Assembly: GCA_963734495.1 (NCBI GenBank)
Contig: CAVTHK010000013.1
Coordinates: 224,001 to 288,000 of the forward strand
DNA length: 64,000 nucleotides
Direction of reading: 5' to 3'
Origin: an uncultured Spirochaetota bacterium
Lineage (GTDB): Bacteria; Spirochaetota; Spirochaetia; SZUA-6; CAVTHK01
A program made the position numbers and the translations under genes. Shown here one piece after another: positions 1 to 8,848 of this stretch. The notes under the pieces are model-generated. The model had not been told where the DNA came from. It searched no databases and worked only from the letters and a program-made list of their open reading frames with translations. The stretch's first letter is position 1. The number at the start of each line of letters is the position of its first letter.

Positions 1-480
1 GCCGAAGAAGCACAGGACGACGCCGTCCTCCTCGCGGTAGCGGACGGCGAAGGCGACGCCCGTGGCCACCGGGATCTGCGAGCCGACGATCCCGTTGCCG
101 CCGAACATGTGCCGGCCGGCGTCGAACATGTGCATCGAGCCGCCCTTGCCGCGGGAGCAGCCGGACGCCTTGCCGTACAGCTCGGCCATGATCGCCTTGG
201 GGTCCATCCCGCAGGCGAGGGCGTGGCCGTGGTCGCGGTAGCCGGTCAGCACGTAGTCCTTGCGCAGGTCCAGCGCCGCGATCGAGCCGACGGCGACCGC
301 CTCCTGGCCGTTGTAGAGGTGGCAGAAGCCGCCGATCTTGCGGATGCCGTACATCTGGCCGGCCTTCTCCTCGAAGCGGCGGATGAGCAGCATGTCCGCC
401 AGCAGCTTGTGCAGAAAGGCCGGCTGGTAGCCCGGGCTGGAGGCGGGCCTCACCGCCTTGCGGGTGCTGCTCGCGCTCAT
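1..480 (-). CDS. pdhA: Pyruvate dehydrogenase E1 alpha subunit (5' part, runs off window)
   Basis: Manual translation: MLLIRRFEEKAGQMYGIRKIGGFCHLYNGQEA...RGKGGSMHMFD...GGNGIVGSQIPVATG. The ATG at 480 overlaps the upstream stop. Confidence 0.95.
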   Translation of the reverse strand, partial: MSASSTRKAVRPASSPGYQPAFLHKLLADMLLIRRFEEKAGQMYGIRKIGGFCHLYNGQEAVAVGSIAALDLRKDYVLTGYRDHGHALACGMDPKAIMAELYGKASGCSRGKGGSMHMFDAGRHMFGGNGIVGSQIPVATGVAFAVRYREEDGVVLCFFG

Positions 481-929
481 GAGCGGTCCTCCTTGCCAAG
501 CAAGGCGCTTTCCCTTCGGTGCTTCATCGTGTCAAAGATAGACACCTGCTCGATCAAAGTCTCCAGCACGACAAAGTCCGTCTTCTCGTTCACCCGCCAG
601 AACACCTCGAGGCGCCGCCCGATCGCCTCCAGCACCTCGCTCTTGAGCTGCGGGTTGTCCACGACCGAGATCGCTCCCTTGACGGTCACGATGCGGTTGA
701 GGTCCGGGGTCTGGAACATCCACTCGACGCCGGGCTGAGACTCGATGTGCTTGATCTTGCGAAAGCCGGGCGAAGTCACCGCATACAGGCACCCCGGGCG
801 GCCCCGCACCTGGGCAGGCGTCATCCATCGCATCGCCGGCCGGCCGTCCGGGTCCGTGGTCGCGAGAATGCCCACCTGCGCCGTGTCTATGATCGCGTCG
901 AGGGCGCCCAGGATTTCTGTTTTGGTCAT
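477..929 (-). CDS. Pyridoxamine 5'-phosphate oxidase-like FMN-binding protein
   Basis: 150 aa with a GILATTDPDGRPAMRWM...RKIKHIESQPGVEW split-barrel pattern. Confidence 0.75.
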   Translation of the reverse strand: MTKTEILGALDAIIDTAQVGILATTDPDGRPAMRWMTPAQVRGRPGCLYAVTSPGFRKIKHIESQPGVEWMFQTPDLNRIVTVKGAISVVDNPQLKSEVLEAIGRRLEVFWRVNEKTDFVVLETLIEQVSIFDTMKHRRESALLGKEDRS

Positions 930-1017
930 GGGTCGAGGCTCCTCCAGGCGGCTCCTAATGTAACAGAGCCGCGCGCAAGGGACAAATCCTTGCGTGGTCA
1001 GAAGTAGCTTGCCGGGG

Positions 1018-1052
1018 AAAAAAAGAGACGGCCCCCCGTTGGGCCGTCTCTT
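1018..1052 (-). terminator. Rho-independent terminator of the ferredoxin gene
   Basis: 12-bp stem AAGAGACGGCCC/GGGCCGTCTCTT, followed by a T-run on the minus strand. Confidence 0.85.
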
Positions 1053-1074
1053 CGAATGCGCACGATCCCCTGCT

Positions 1075-1260
1075 TCAGGAGGCCTTGATCGCCTCCACGG
1101 GACAATCGGTCGCCGCGTCCTTGACCGCCTTCTCGTGCTCGGGCGGGACGTTCGGGCTGATCACCTCGGCCACGTCGCTGCCCATCTTGAAAACCTCGGG
1201 CACGCTATCGACGCACAGGCCGCAGGCAGTGCACAGGTCGTTGTCGATCGATACCTTCAT
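1075..1260 (-). CDS. Monocluster ferredoxin
   Basis: 61 aa, CTACGLC...CPVEAI. Confidence 0.92.
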   Translation of the reverse strand: MKVSIDNDLCTACGLCVDSVPEVFKMGSDVAEVISPNVPPEHEKAVKDAATDCPVEAIKAS

Positions 1261-1341
1261 ATCCGGCTCCTCGTTTGTTGATGCAGTGGCCGCCCCTCAA
1301 GAGAAAGGCCGCGGTCACAGGCGTTTTGCGTTGACGGGCGG

Positions 1342-1371
1342 AGTGTAGACTGCCCCTTCCCGGGGTGTCAA
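1342..1371 (-). promoter_or_regulatory. Sigma70 promoter for ferredoxin
   Basis: TTGACA-N18-TACACT on the minus strand. Confidence 0.65.
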
Positions 1372-1398
1372 TCCGCCGCAGACTCTCAAGGGCGCTCT

Positions 1399-1736
1399 GG
1401 GGGGGAAAGCCTTCCCCCTGGCCTCCGCCCTGCCTGGCCGCGCCAACCGCCGAAGCCCGCCCCTCAGCGCGGGCGCAGGGCTCCGGCCACCCCCTTCTCC
1501 TGGGGGCGCCTCCCGGCGCCCCCAAGCCCCCGAATGGCTGCGGCGGTCACTGGCTGTCACGTGCATGGCCCCCGCGACGGCACGGCCTCAAACCGGCTCG
1601 AGAAACGCCGGCACGCGCTCGCCGACCGCTTCGAAGGCCACGCACGTTGTCGCTCGGAACGCACCGGCGCGTCCGCGTACAGTGGAGTGCGCAGAGCATC
1701 GGGAGTGGGTGGGAATTCATCTTGTGGGGAGCGCTG
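1399..1736 (-). repeat. Structured repeat element, long copy
   Basis: Shares 26-bp and 20-bp identical blocks and a 19/21 block with 2060-2210, in inverted orientation. Confidence 0.8.
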
Positions 1737-2059
1737 CAAGCCCGCAAGACCGGCTACGCAACCACGAACGGTAATCGCCCCCTGCCGTCGCCACCCGAGG
1801 CGGACAGAGCACAGTCACATACGATCCACCTTGACTTTTTCGCGGAAACGCGGCTGCCATCCTCCTGGACGCGGCGGACCGCTTCCGGGGTGGCGGCCCA
1901 CTGAGCCTGATCGCCCTGTCGGCCCGCGATGGCCACGCTTCCGCGGAAACGCGCACGTACGGCCTCCGCCGCCTGCTCGGGCTGCTCGACCTCCACGTAG
2001 AGGGGGGCACTTGCACGGCTTTCCGCGACGCCCGGCTACTGGCCACAGTCTCCTGCCGT

Positions 2060-2210
2060 CAGCGCTACCCACAAAATGAAAGCGCTCCCATCGGGAGTCT
2101 CGTGCTTGACTTGAGCTGCTGCGGGGGTTTGGGGGCGAGGCCCCCGACGAAGGGGGTGGCCGGAGCCCCGCGCCAGCGGGGCGAAGGCCAGGGGGAAGGC
2201 TTTCCCCCCC
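2060..2210 (+). repeat. Structured repeat element, short copy
   Basis: CAGCGCTACCCACAAAATGAA...GGGGGTTTGGGGGCGAGGCCCCC...GAAGGGGGTGGCCGGAGCCC...AGGCCAGGGGGAAGGCTTTCCCCCCC, an inverted match to 1399-1736. Confidence 0.8.
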
Positions 2211-2308
2211 ATGGTCCTTGCCCCGCCTGACGGACATCCCCGGTGAGTACGCCGGGCCAAAGCGCCTGTACGTCCATGTACGCGCTACCCCCGGACCATC
2301 CCTGGTCC

Positions 2309-2337
2309 TTGAACACGACCGGATCGATCATTATAAT
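2309..2337 (+). promoter_or_regulatory. Sigma70 promoter of the nqr-like operon
   Basis: TTGAAC-N17-TATAAT. Confidence 0.8.
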
Positions 2338-2463
2338 CAATCGTCACTACAATCACAATTAAGTCGGGGGCTCGGTCACGTCGGCCGGGAGGCGGTCTGT
2401 CGCCGTCAGCGCCATCGCCGATGGGCAGTCCTCCAGGACGCGCCTCGGAAACGGAGCGATCGG

Positions 2464-3432
2464 GTGTACGAGAGGTTCTTCCAGAAGCAGGTGATCATGC
2501 GCCGAGTTCTGCTCGCGCTTGCGCCGATCTACCTGTTCGCTTTCTACATGTACGGGTGGCGGCTGCTGCTTCTCGGCGTCGTCGTGTTCGCGGCCGGCAT
2601 CGGCCTGGAGTACGCGTTCGAGAGCCGGCGCGGCAAGAAGATCTCCGAAGCCGTCCTCGTCACCTGCAGCCTCTTCCTGCTCTCGCTGCCGCCGCAGACA
2701 CCGCTCTGGGTGGCGCTGATCGGCATTGCGTTCGGCGTCGTGTTCGGCAAAGAGGTCTACGGGGGATTCGGGCGCAACATCTTCAACCCGGCGATCTCCG
2801 GCCGGCTCTTCATCTATATCGCGTTCCCGAGCTTCCTGCAGGCCGGCTACCTGATCCCGGGGCGCTTCGGCTTCGCCGCCACCGACGCCATCACCACGGC
2901 GACGCCGCTCGCGATGATCCGCGGCGGCGAGACCGCCGACCTCCTGAGCCTCTTTCTCGGGTTCCGCGCCGGCGCGATGGGCGAGAGCTCGATCCTGCTC
3001 ATACTCGCCGCCGCCGTCTACCTGATCGCCACCAGGACGGCCAACTGGCGGATCATCGCGACGGAGCTCGCGTCGTCCGCCGCGTTCTCGTTCGCCTTCG
3101 ACCTCCTCAAGCTCCCCGGAGCGCTTTCCGCGCTGCCCTCGCTGCTCTCCGGAAGCGTGATCATGGTGGGCGTCTTCTATGCCACGGATCCCGTCTCGGC
3201 GCCGAAGAAGCCCGGGGCGCAGTACATCTACGGCGCTCTCATCGGCGCCGTCTCGATGGTGATCCAGAACTTCTCGCTGTTCCCGGTCGGCACGAGCTTC
3301 GCGGTCATCGTGGGCAACACGTTCGCCTCCCTGCTCGACGAGCTGATCGGAGCCGCGAAGCCGGCGGCAAAGACAGCGAAGAAGGCCGCGCCCGGTCCGG
3401 CGGCGCTTCCCGCCGGGGAGGGTCGGTCATGA
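2464..3432 (+). CDS. nqrB: NqrB/RnfD family membrane subunit
   Basis: KEVYGGFGRNIFNPA, DAITTATPL (flavinylated Thr motif), GAMGESS, ATDPVSAP. GTG start with a GGAG SD. Confidence 0.85.
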   Translation: MYERFFQKQVIMRRVLLALAPIYLFAFYMYGWRLLLLGVVVFAAGIGLEYAFESRRGKKISEAVLVTCSLFLLSLPPQTPLWVALIGIAFGVVFGKEVYGGFGRNIFNPAISGRLFIYIAFPSFLQAGYLIPGRFGFAATDAITTATPLAMIRGGETADLLSLFLGFRAGAMGESSILLILAAAVYLIATRTANWRIIATELASSAAFSFAFDLLKLPGALSALPSLLSGSVIMVGVFYATDPVSAPKKPGAQYIYGALIGAVSMVIQNFSLFPVGTSFAVIVGNTFASLLDELIGAAKPAAKTAKKAAPGPAALPAGEGRS

Positions 3433-4031
3433 ACCGCGAGGGGCTCGCGTACACCGTACTGGTGACCTTTGTCGTTTCATTCGTCTTCGTGGGGCTGCTC
3501 GCATTCGCCAACGAGCTCACCAGGGACAAGGCGGAGGCCAACTCGCTTATCATGGAGCGGAGGGCGGTCCTCAACGCCCTGGGCGTCCCCTACTCGAGCG
3601 ACGCCGAGGTCCTCGACGTCTACAAGCGGGAGGTCGAGCAGGTCCATCTCGGGGGCCTCGCGATCGAGCGCGCGATCGTCGACGGCAGGGTCGTCGAGGC
3701 CGCGCGGTTCTCCGGCCCGGGCCTCTGGGGCACGATCACCGGCGTGATCGGCGTGACGCCCGACCTCTCGGAGATCGTCGGCCTGGACATCATCTCGCAG
3801 AGCGAGACGCCGGGCCTGGGCGGCAGGATCGGCGAGAGCTGGTGGAAGGCGCAGTTCCAGGGCGAGAAGATTCCCGCGGGCCGCATCGACGTGGCCGCGG
3901 GCTCCGGGCGCGGCGACAAGGACAAGGCCAACGGGAAGGTGGACGCTGTCACCGGTGCCACGATCACTTCCCGCGCGATGGAGAGCATCATCAACCGGAC
4001 CCTCGAGGCCCTCAAGGAGGCCGCACGATGA
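3429..4031 (+). CDS. nqrC: NqrC/RnfG family FMN-binding subunit
   Basis: N-terminal TM helix, GPGLWGTITG, SETPGLGG, VDAVTGATITS. Confidence 0.85.
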   Translation: MNREGLAYTVLVTFVVSFVFVGLLAFANELTRDKAEANSLIMERRAVLNALGVPYSSDAEVLDVYKREVEQVHLGGLAIERAIVDGRVVEAARFSGPGLWGTITGVIGVTPDLSEIVGLDIISQSETPGLGGRIGESWWKAQFQGEKIPAGRIDVAAGSGRGDKDKANGKVDAVTGATITSRAMESIINRTLEALKEAAR

Positions 4032-4633
4032 AGAAGTTCCTCACGGTCCTCAAGGAGGGCCTCTGGACCAACAACCCCATCTTCATCCAGATCCTCGGAA
4101 TCTGCTCGACGCTCGCCGTCACCAACAACATGCTGAATACGGTCATCATGGGGGCCGGGGTCACCTTCAGCACGGCGTTCACGAGCCTGACGGTCTCGCT
4201 CATGCGCAACATCATCCCGCGCAAAGTGCGCATGATGGTGCAGGTGCTGCTCGCCGCGTTCTACGTGATCATCGTGGACATCACGCTCAAGGCCTACCTG
4301 CCCGACGTGAGCAGGGCGCTCGGGCCCTACGTCGGCCTCATCATCACCAACTGCATCCTCATGGGCCGGGCGGAAGCCTACGCGCAGGCCAACCCTCCGC
4401 TCATCTCCTTCTGGGACGGCGTCACCAACGGGGTCGGCTACTCGGCGGTGCTCATCGTGATCTCGTTCGTCCGGGAGCTGCTCGGCTTTGGAACCCTGTT
4501 CAACGCGCGCGTGCTGCCCGAGGCCTTCCCGACCTGGACGATCATGGTGATGGCCCCGAGCGCCTTCTTCCTGGTGGCGAGCCTGCTGTGGATCGCCAAG
4601 ATCGTCATGCTGCGCAAGGAGGCCGCGAAATGA
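4028..4633 (+). CDS. nqrD: NqrD (Rnf-Nqr family) subunit
   Basis: NNPIFIQILGICSTLAVT, GLIITNCILMGRAEAYA. Confidence 0.88.
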   Translation: MKKFLTVLKEGLWTNNPIFIQILGICSTLAVTNNMLNTVIMGAGVTFSTAFTSLTVSLMRNIIPRKVRMMVQVLLAAFYVIIVDITLKAYLPDVSRALGPYVGLIITNCILMGRAEAYAQANPPLISFWDGVTNGVGYSAVLIVISFVRELLGFGTLFNARVLPEAFPTWTIMVMAPSAFFLVASLLWIAKIVMLRKEAAK

Positions 4634-5226
4634 CGGCGCCCGACGTCGCCCCGCTCTCGCTGTTCTTCGCATCGGTCTTTACGAGCAACATCCTGCTTTC
4701 GAACTTCCTCGGGATGTGCTCCTTTATCTCGATCTCCAAGGACATCAGGAGCTCGAACGGCCTCGGGATCGCCGTGACCATCGTGCTCGTCATCACCGCC
4801 GTGATCAGCTGGCTGCTGCTCTACTACGTGATGATCCCGCTCAAGATCGAGTACCTCTCTCTGGTCGTCTTTATCATCGCGATCGCCGCGGCCGTGCAGA
4901 TGCTCGAGATGATCATCGAGCGGATCTCGCCGCCGCTGTACATGGCGCTCGGGATCTTCCTGCCCCTGATCACGGTCAACTGCGCCATCCTCGGCGGCGT
5001 GCTGTTCATGCAGATCCGCAACTACAACCTGCTGCAGACCGCCGTGTTCGCGCTCGGCTCCGGGCTCGGCTGGTGGATGGCCATCGTGGCGCTCGCGGCG
5101 ATCCGCGCCAGGGTGGAGAAGGCGCCCGTGCCCGCGGGCCTCAAGGGGACCGGCATCACGCTGATCACGATCGGAATGATGGCGATGGGCTTTATCGGCT
5201 TCTCCGGGATGATCCGCGTCCAGTAG
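4630..5226 (+). CDS. nqrE: NqrE (Rnf-Nqr family) subunit
   Basis: NFLGMCSFISIS, LGIFLPLITVNCAILGG, GFSG. Confidence 0.88.
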   Translation: MTAPDVAPLSLFFASVFTSNILLSNFLGMCSFISISKDIRSSNGLGIAVTIVLVITAVISWLLLYYVMIPLKIEYLSLVVFIIAIAAAVQMLEMIIERISPPLYMALGIFLPLITVNCAILGGVLFMQIRNYNLLQTAVFALGSGLGWWMAIVALAAIRARVEKAPVPAGLKGTGITLITIGMMAMGFIGFSGMIRVQ

Positions 5227-5240
5227 GAGGTGAGAGAGCC

Positions 5241-6368
5241 ATGCCTGTGTTTCTGACAGCGCCCCTCGCCGTCGCCGGCATCGGCGCCGTCCTGGCGGCG
5301 ATCATCGCGCTGCTCGACTCGGTCGTGAACAACTACGGCGAGGTCAGGATCGACATCAACTCGGGGAAGAAGGAGCTCGCCGCGAGAGGAGGCCCGACCC
5401 TCCTGCGCCTGCTGGCCGACAACGGGATCTTCCTGCCGTCGGCGTGCGGCGGCCGGGGCGCCTGCGGCGTCTGCAAGTGCAAGGTCACGACCGACGTGGG
5501 GCCGGTTCTTGCGACCGAGGTCCCCTATCTCAGCCCCAAGGAGATCGAGCAGCAGATCCGCCTCGCCTGCCAGGTCAAGGTCAAGAAGGACGTGGCGATC
5601 CGGGTGCCCGAGGACGTCTTCTACGTCAAGCAGTGCCGGGGCACGGTCGAAGCGCTCGAGGACGTGACCTACGACATCAAGCGCCTGCGGATCCGGCTCG
5701 ACGACCCGAAGCAGATCGAGTTCGAGGCAGGGCAGTACGCGCAGCTCGTCGCGCCGCCGTACGACAACGTGAAGGACTACATCCAGCGGGCGTACTCGAT
5801 GTCGAGCGCCCCCTCCGAGGCGCGCTCCGAAGGCGCTCTCGAGTTCTACATCCGACTCGTGCCCGGAGGCGCCCTCACGAGCTACGTCTTCAAGCACCTC
5901 AGGCCGCGCCAGAAGATCGAGCTCACGGCCCCGTACGGGGAGTTCCGCATGCGCGGCACCGACGCGATCAAGCTCGGCGTCGCGGGCGGATCCGGCATGG
6001 CGCCCCTCAAGTCGATCATACTCGACATGCTCGAGAAGGGCGGGACGGACAAGGAGCTCTGGTATTTCTTTGGCGCCCGCGCCGTGAGGGACCTATACTA
6101 CGTCGAAGAGCTCGAGGCGATCGCCAAGAAGTGGCCGAGCTTCCACTTCGTCCCCGCGCTCTCCGAGCCGCTCCCGGAGGACAAGTGGAAGGGCGAGACC
6201 GGCCTGATCACGGACGTCCTGGACAAGTACCTCGAGACGGTGATAGGGAAGACCCGACCCAAGGAGGGCTATCTCTGCGGCAGCCCCGGGATGATCGACG
6301 CGTGCATCAAGGTCATGAAGAAGCACGGGGTGACCGACCACAGGATATTCTACGACAAGTTCGCGTGA
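5241..6368 (+). CDS. nqrF: NqrF-like NADH-oxidising subunit (2Fe-2S + FAD/NAD)
   Basis: SACGGRGACGVCKC...RLACQ, RAYSMSS, GGSGMAP, YLCGSPGM, FYDKF. AGGAGG SD. Confidence 0.88.
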   Translation: MPVFLTAPLAVAGIGAVLAAIIALLDSVVNNYGEVRIDINSGKKELAARGGPTLLRLLADNGIFLPSACGGRGACGVCKCKVTTDVGPVLATEVPYLSPKEIEQQIRLACQVKVKKDVAIRVPEDVFYVKQCRGTVEALEDVTYDIKRLRIRLDDPKQIEFEAGQYAQLVAPPYDNVKDYIQRAYSMSSAPSEARSEGALEFYIRLVPGGALTSYVFKHLRPRQKIELTAPYGEFRMRGTDAIKLGVAGGSGMAPLKSIILDMLEKGGTDKELWYFFGARAVRDLYYVEELEAIAKKWPSFHFVPALSEPLPEDKWKGETGLITDVLDKYLETVIGKTRPKEGYLCGSPGMIDACIKVMKKHGVTDHRIFYDKFA

Positions 6369-6381
6369 GGGGGCGGCCCGC

Positions 6382-6831
6382 ATGAAGATGACGCCGGACC
6401 TGCGCAGGGCGCAGGCGAACATGACCCCGGGAGCGATCAGCGCATCGGGCTTTCTCGGGCACGACACGCGCCCGCTCGGGGACATCATCCAGGCGGACGA
6501 AGAGGCGATGGCGGCGCAAGGGATCACGTTCGAGGAAACGGCCGCCAAGATGCGCTACCTCTTGGACGAGGGGCGCAAGGGGCTCGGCGAGCCGATCACC
6601 GTCTCCCGGAACTGGCTGGTGCGCATCGACGAGGCGCGCGGCGTGATCGCCTCGCCGTTCGGAGGCGGCACCGTCCCCAAGCTGAACGCGCAGGTGTACC
6701 GCGTCGACCGCGACGTGAGCGTCACCTACAGCGCGCTGTCGGTCGTGCTCTGCGAGCGGCACCACTTTCTGCAGGGCAAGGGCTCGCCCTACCGGCTCGA
6801 GCCGACGGTGCTCAAGGCGGTTCTCTATTGA
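6382..6831 (+). CDS. Hypothetical protein, likely co-transcribed with the nqr genes
   Basis: 149 aa, 13 bp after nqrF, host-like codon usage, HHFLQGKGSPYRLEP near the C-terminus. Confidence 0.75.
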   Translation: MKMTPDLRRAQANMTPGAISASGFLGHDTRPLGDIIQADEEAMAAQGITFEETAAKMRYLLDEGRKGLGEPITVSRNWLVRIDEARGVIASPFGGGTVPKLNAQVYRVDRDVSVTYSALSVVLCERHHFLQGKGSPYRLEPTVLKAVLY

Positions 6832-6942
6832 TCGGGCGCGCAGCGGTGGCCGTCGCGGGACCGCGGGATCCTGCCGGGCTGCACCGGGTTGAGGATTCGC
6901 GCGCGTGATGCTAAGCTCACCTCCCGGGAGGGTATCATCGCC

Positions 6943-7905
6943 ATGCACCTGAGCCGCAGCGGGGTCACGCTGGTGCTGCTTCTGACGTGCTTTGCAGCAC
7001 GAGCCGAATCATACAAGCTTTCGGTCTATTACGAGGGCCCGCCCGCGGTCGCGAGAGACATCGAGCGAGCCTTCGAGACGTTTCGCGGTGACGTGCTCTC
7101 CATCGTTCCCTTTTCCGCAGACACCGAGGCGGATATGGACGCCGTGGCAGCCAAGGCGGACGTCGTCTGGGGAGGAGGCGAAGCGCTGCATGGCCGCCTG
7201 CAGGCTGCGGGCCGCGTGCGACCGTATCGCTCGTCCGAGCTGGGTTCGATAGCGGCGCCCTACTGGAAGGCCTCGCCTTTCGACGTCGTGTCGGGCCTCG
7301 AATGCATGGTCATAGCCTACGCCCCGGACCGGCTCGCGGGAGCCGCGCCCCCGGCGCGCTGGCGCGACCTCCTGGACCCGCGCTGGCGGGGACGCGTGGC
7401 GATGCGCAACCCGGCATCCGGCCCGGATTCGCTCGCCTCGGCCTCGGCGATCCTGCATTCCTTTGAATGGTCCTGGTTCGAGTCGCTTGCCGCGCAGCGG
7501 CCCCTGATCGCGCCCACCGACGACGATGCGCTCGCGCGGCTTATTTCGGGCGACGCGCTGGTGGCCGTGGTGCCCTACCACGCCGTCACCCGGGCTCGCG
7601 CCTCGCTCGCCGTGGTATGGCCCACCGACGGGGCGATCGTCACACCGCGCCCCATCGCCATCCTCCAGCAGGACAAGCGGCCGCAGATGATGACGGGCTT
7701 CGCGGAGCAGCTCGTGGACTTCGTTCTCTCGGTCGAGGGACAGACCATCGGGCGGCGGAACGGCCTCTACCCGACGCGCGTGGACGTCCTGCCCCCGCCG
7801 GGAGCTCCCGCCGTCACGCTGCCTGCCAGCGGCGAACCGGCGTGGCTGGAAGCACAGCCCGCCGACCTCGGCGACCGTCTGCGCCGCCTGTTCGGCAGCC
7901 TCTGA
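6943..7905 (+). CDS. ABC substrate-binding protein (AfuA/FutA iron or thiamine type)
   Basis: Signal peptide, ADVVWGGG, PARWRDLLDPRWRGRVAM, DFVLSVEGQ. Confidence 0.75.
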   Translation: MHLSRSGVTLVLLLTCFAARAESYKLSVYYEGPPAVARDIERAFETFRGDVLSIVPFSADTEADMDAVAAKADVVWGGGEALHGRLQAAGRVRPYRSSELGSIAAPYWKASPFDVVSGLECMVIAYAPDRLAGAAPPARWRDLLDPRWRGRVAMRNPASGPDSLASASAILHSFEWSWFESLAAQRPLIAPTDDDALARLISGDALVAVVPYHAVTRARASLAVVWPTDGAIVTPRPIAILQQDKRPQMMTGFAEQLVDFVLSVEGQTIGRRNGLYPTRVDVLPPPGAPAVTLPASGEPAWLEAQPADLGDRLRRLFGSL

Positions 7906-7939
7906 GGCCGGCCCCGCGCGGCCGCCCGCGCCGGGACCG

Positions 7940-8794
7940 TCAATCCGCCTTCGTGTCCCCCCGCGCGTAATCCGCGAGCCTCGCGATCTCGGCCGGCCAT
8001 CGATCCTCGTCCGGCGTTTCGAGGATCAGGGGGATCCCGTCCGTGCGCGGGTCGCTCATCAGGCAGCGGAACGCCCCCCAGCCGATCTCGCCGTCTCCGA
8101 GCGGCGCGTGGCGGTCCACGCGGCTGCCGAGAGCGGTCTGCGAGTCGTTGAGGTGCATGCCCCTGAGGCGGCGCAGGCCGACGATGCGGTCCAGCTCCGA
8201 CAGGATTCGCTCGCAGCCCGCGCGCAGGTCGTAGCCGCCGGCAAAGGCGTGCGCGGTGTCGAGGCAGATGCCGATCCGATCCCCGTGTACCACACGCTCG
8301 AGCAGGCGGGCCAACTGCTCGAACGTCCGTCCGACGTTGGTGCCCTGGCCCGCGGTGATCTCCACGACCGCGGTCACGCCCTCGGTCCGATCGAGCCCGA
8401 AGTCGATCGATTCGGCGACGAGATCCAGGCACGCCTCGTCGCTCATCAGCCCCTTGTGGGCGCCCGGGTGAAAGTTCAGCATCGTGAGGCCCAGCTCTTC
8501 GCAGCGGCGCAGCTCGTCGACGAAGGCTTCGCGCGATTTCGCGAGGATCTTCGAGTCCGGAGCGCCGAGGTTGATCAGGTAGCTGTCGTGCGGGAGGATG
8601 CTTTCCGGACCGTAGCCGGCTTCGCTGCAATTGCCGCGAAACGCCGCGATCGTCTTCGCGCTCAGCGGCGACGAGCGCCAGGCGAGCTGGTTGCGGGTGA
8701 ACAGCGCGAACCCCGTGGCTCCGATAGCGCGGGCGCGCAGAGGCGCGTTCTCGACGCCGCCTTCGGTCGACACGTGCGGCCCGATGAGCTTCAC
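7940..8794 (-). CDS. nfo: Endonuclease IV
   Basis: IGPHVS, HDSYLINL, NFHPG, EITAGQG, CLDTAH, HLNDS, DRHAPLG, ILETP. Confidence 0.95.
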   Translation of the reverse strand: MKLIGPHVSTEGGVENAPLRARAIGATGFALFTRNQLAWRSSPLSAKTIAAFRGNCSEAGYGPESILPHDSYLINLGAPDSKILAKSREAFVDELRRCEELGLTMLNFHPGAHKGLMSDEACLDLVAESIDFGLDRTEGVTAVVEITAGQGTNVGRTFEQLARLLERVVHGDRIGICLDTAHAFAGGYDLRAGCERILSELDRIVGLRRLRGMHLNDSQTALGSRVDRHAPLGDGEIGWGAFRCLMSDPRTDGIPLILETPDEDRWPAEIARLADYARGDTKAD

Positions 8795-8848
8795 GAGCGC
8801 GCATCATGAGCGGCGGCACTTCGGGAGTCAAGCGTGCGGGACGGAAGG

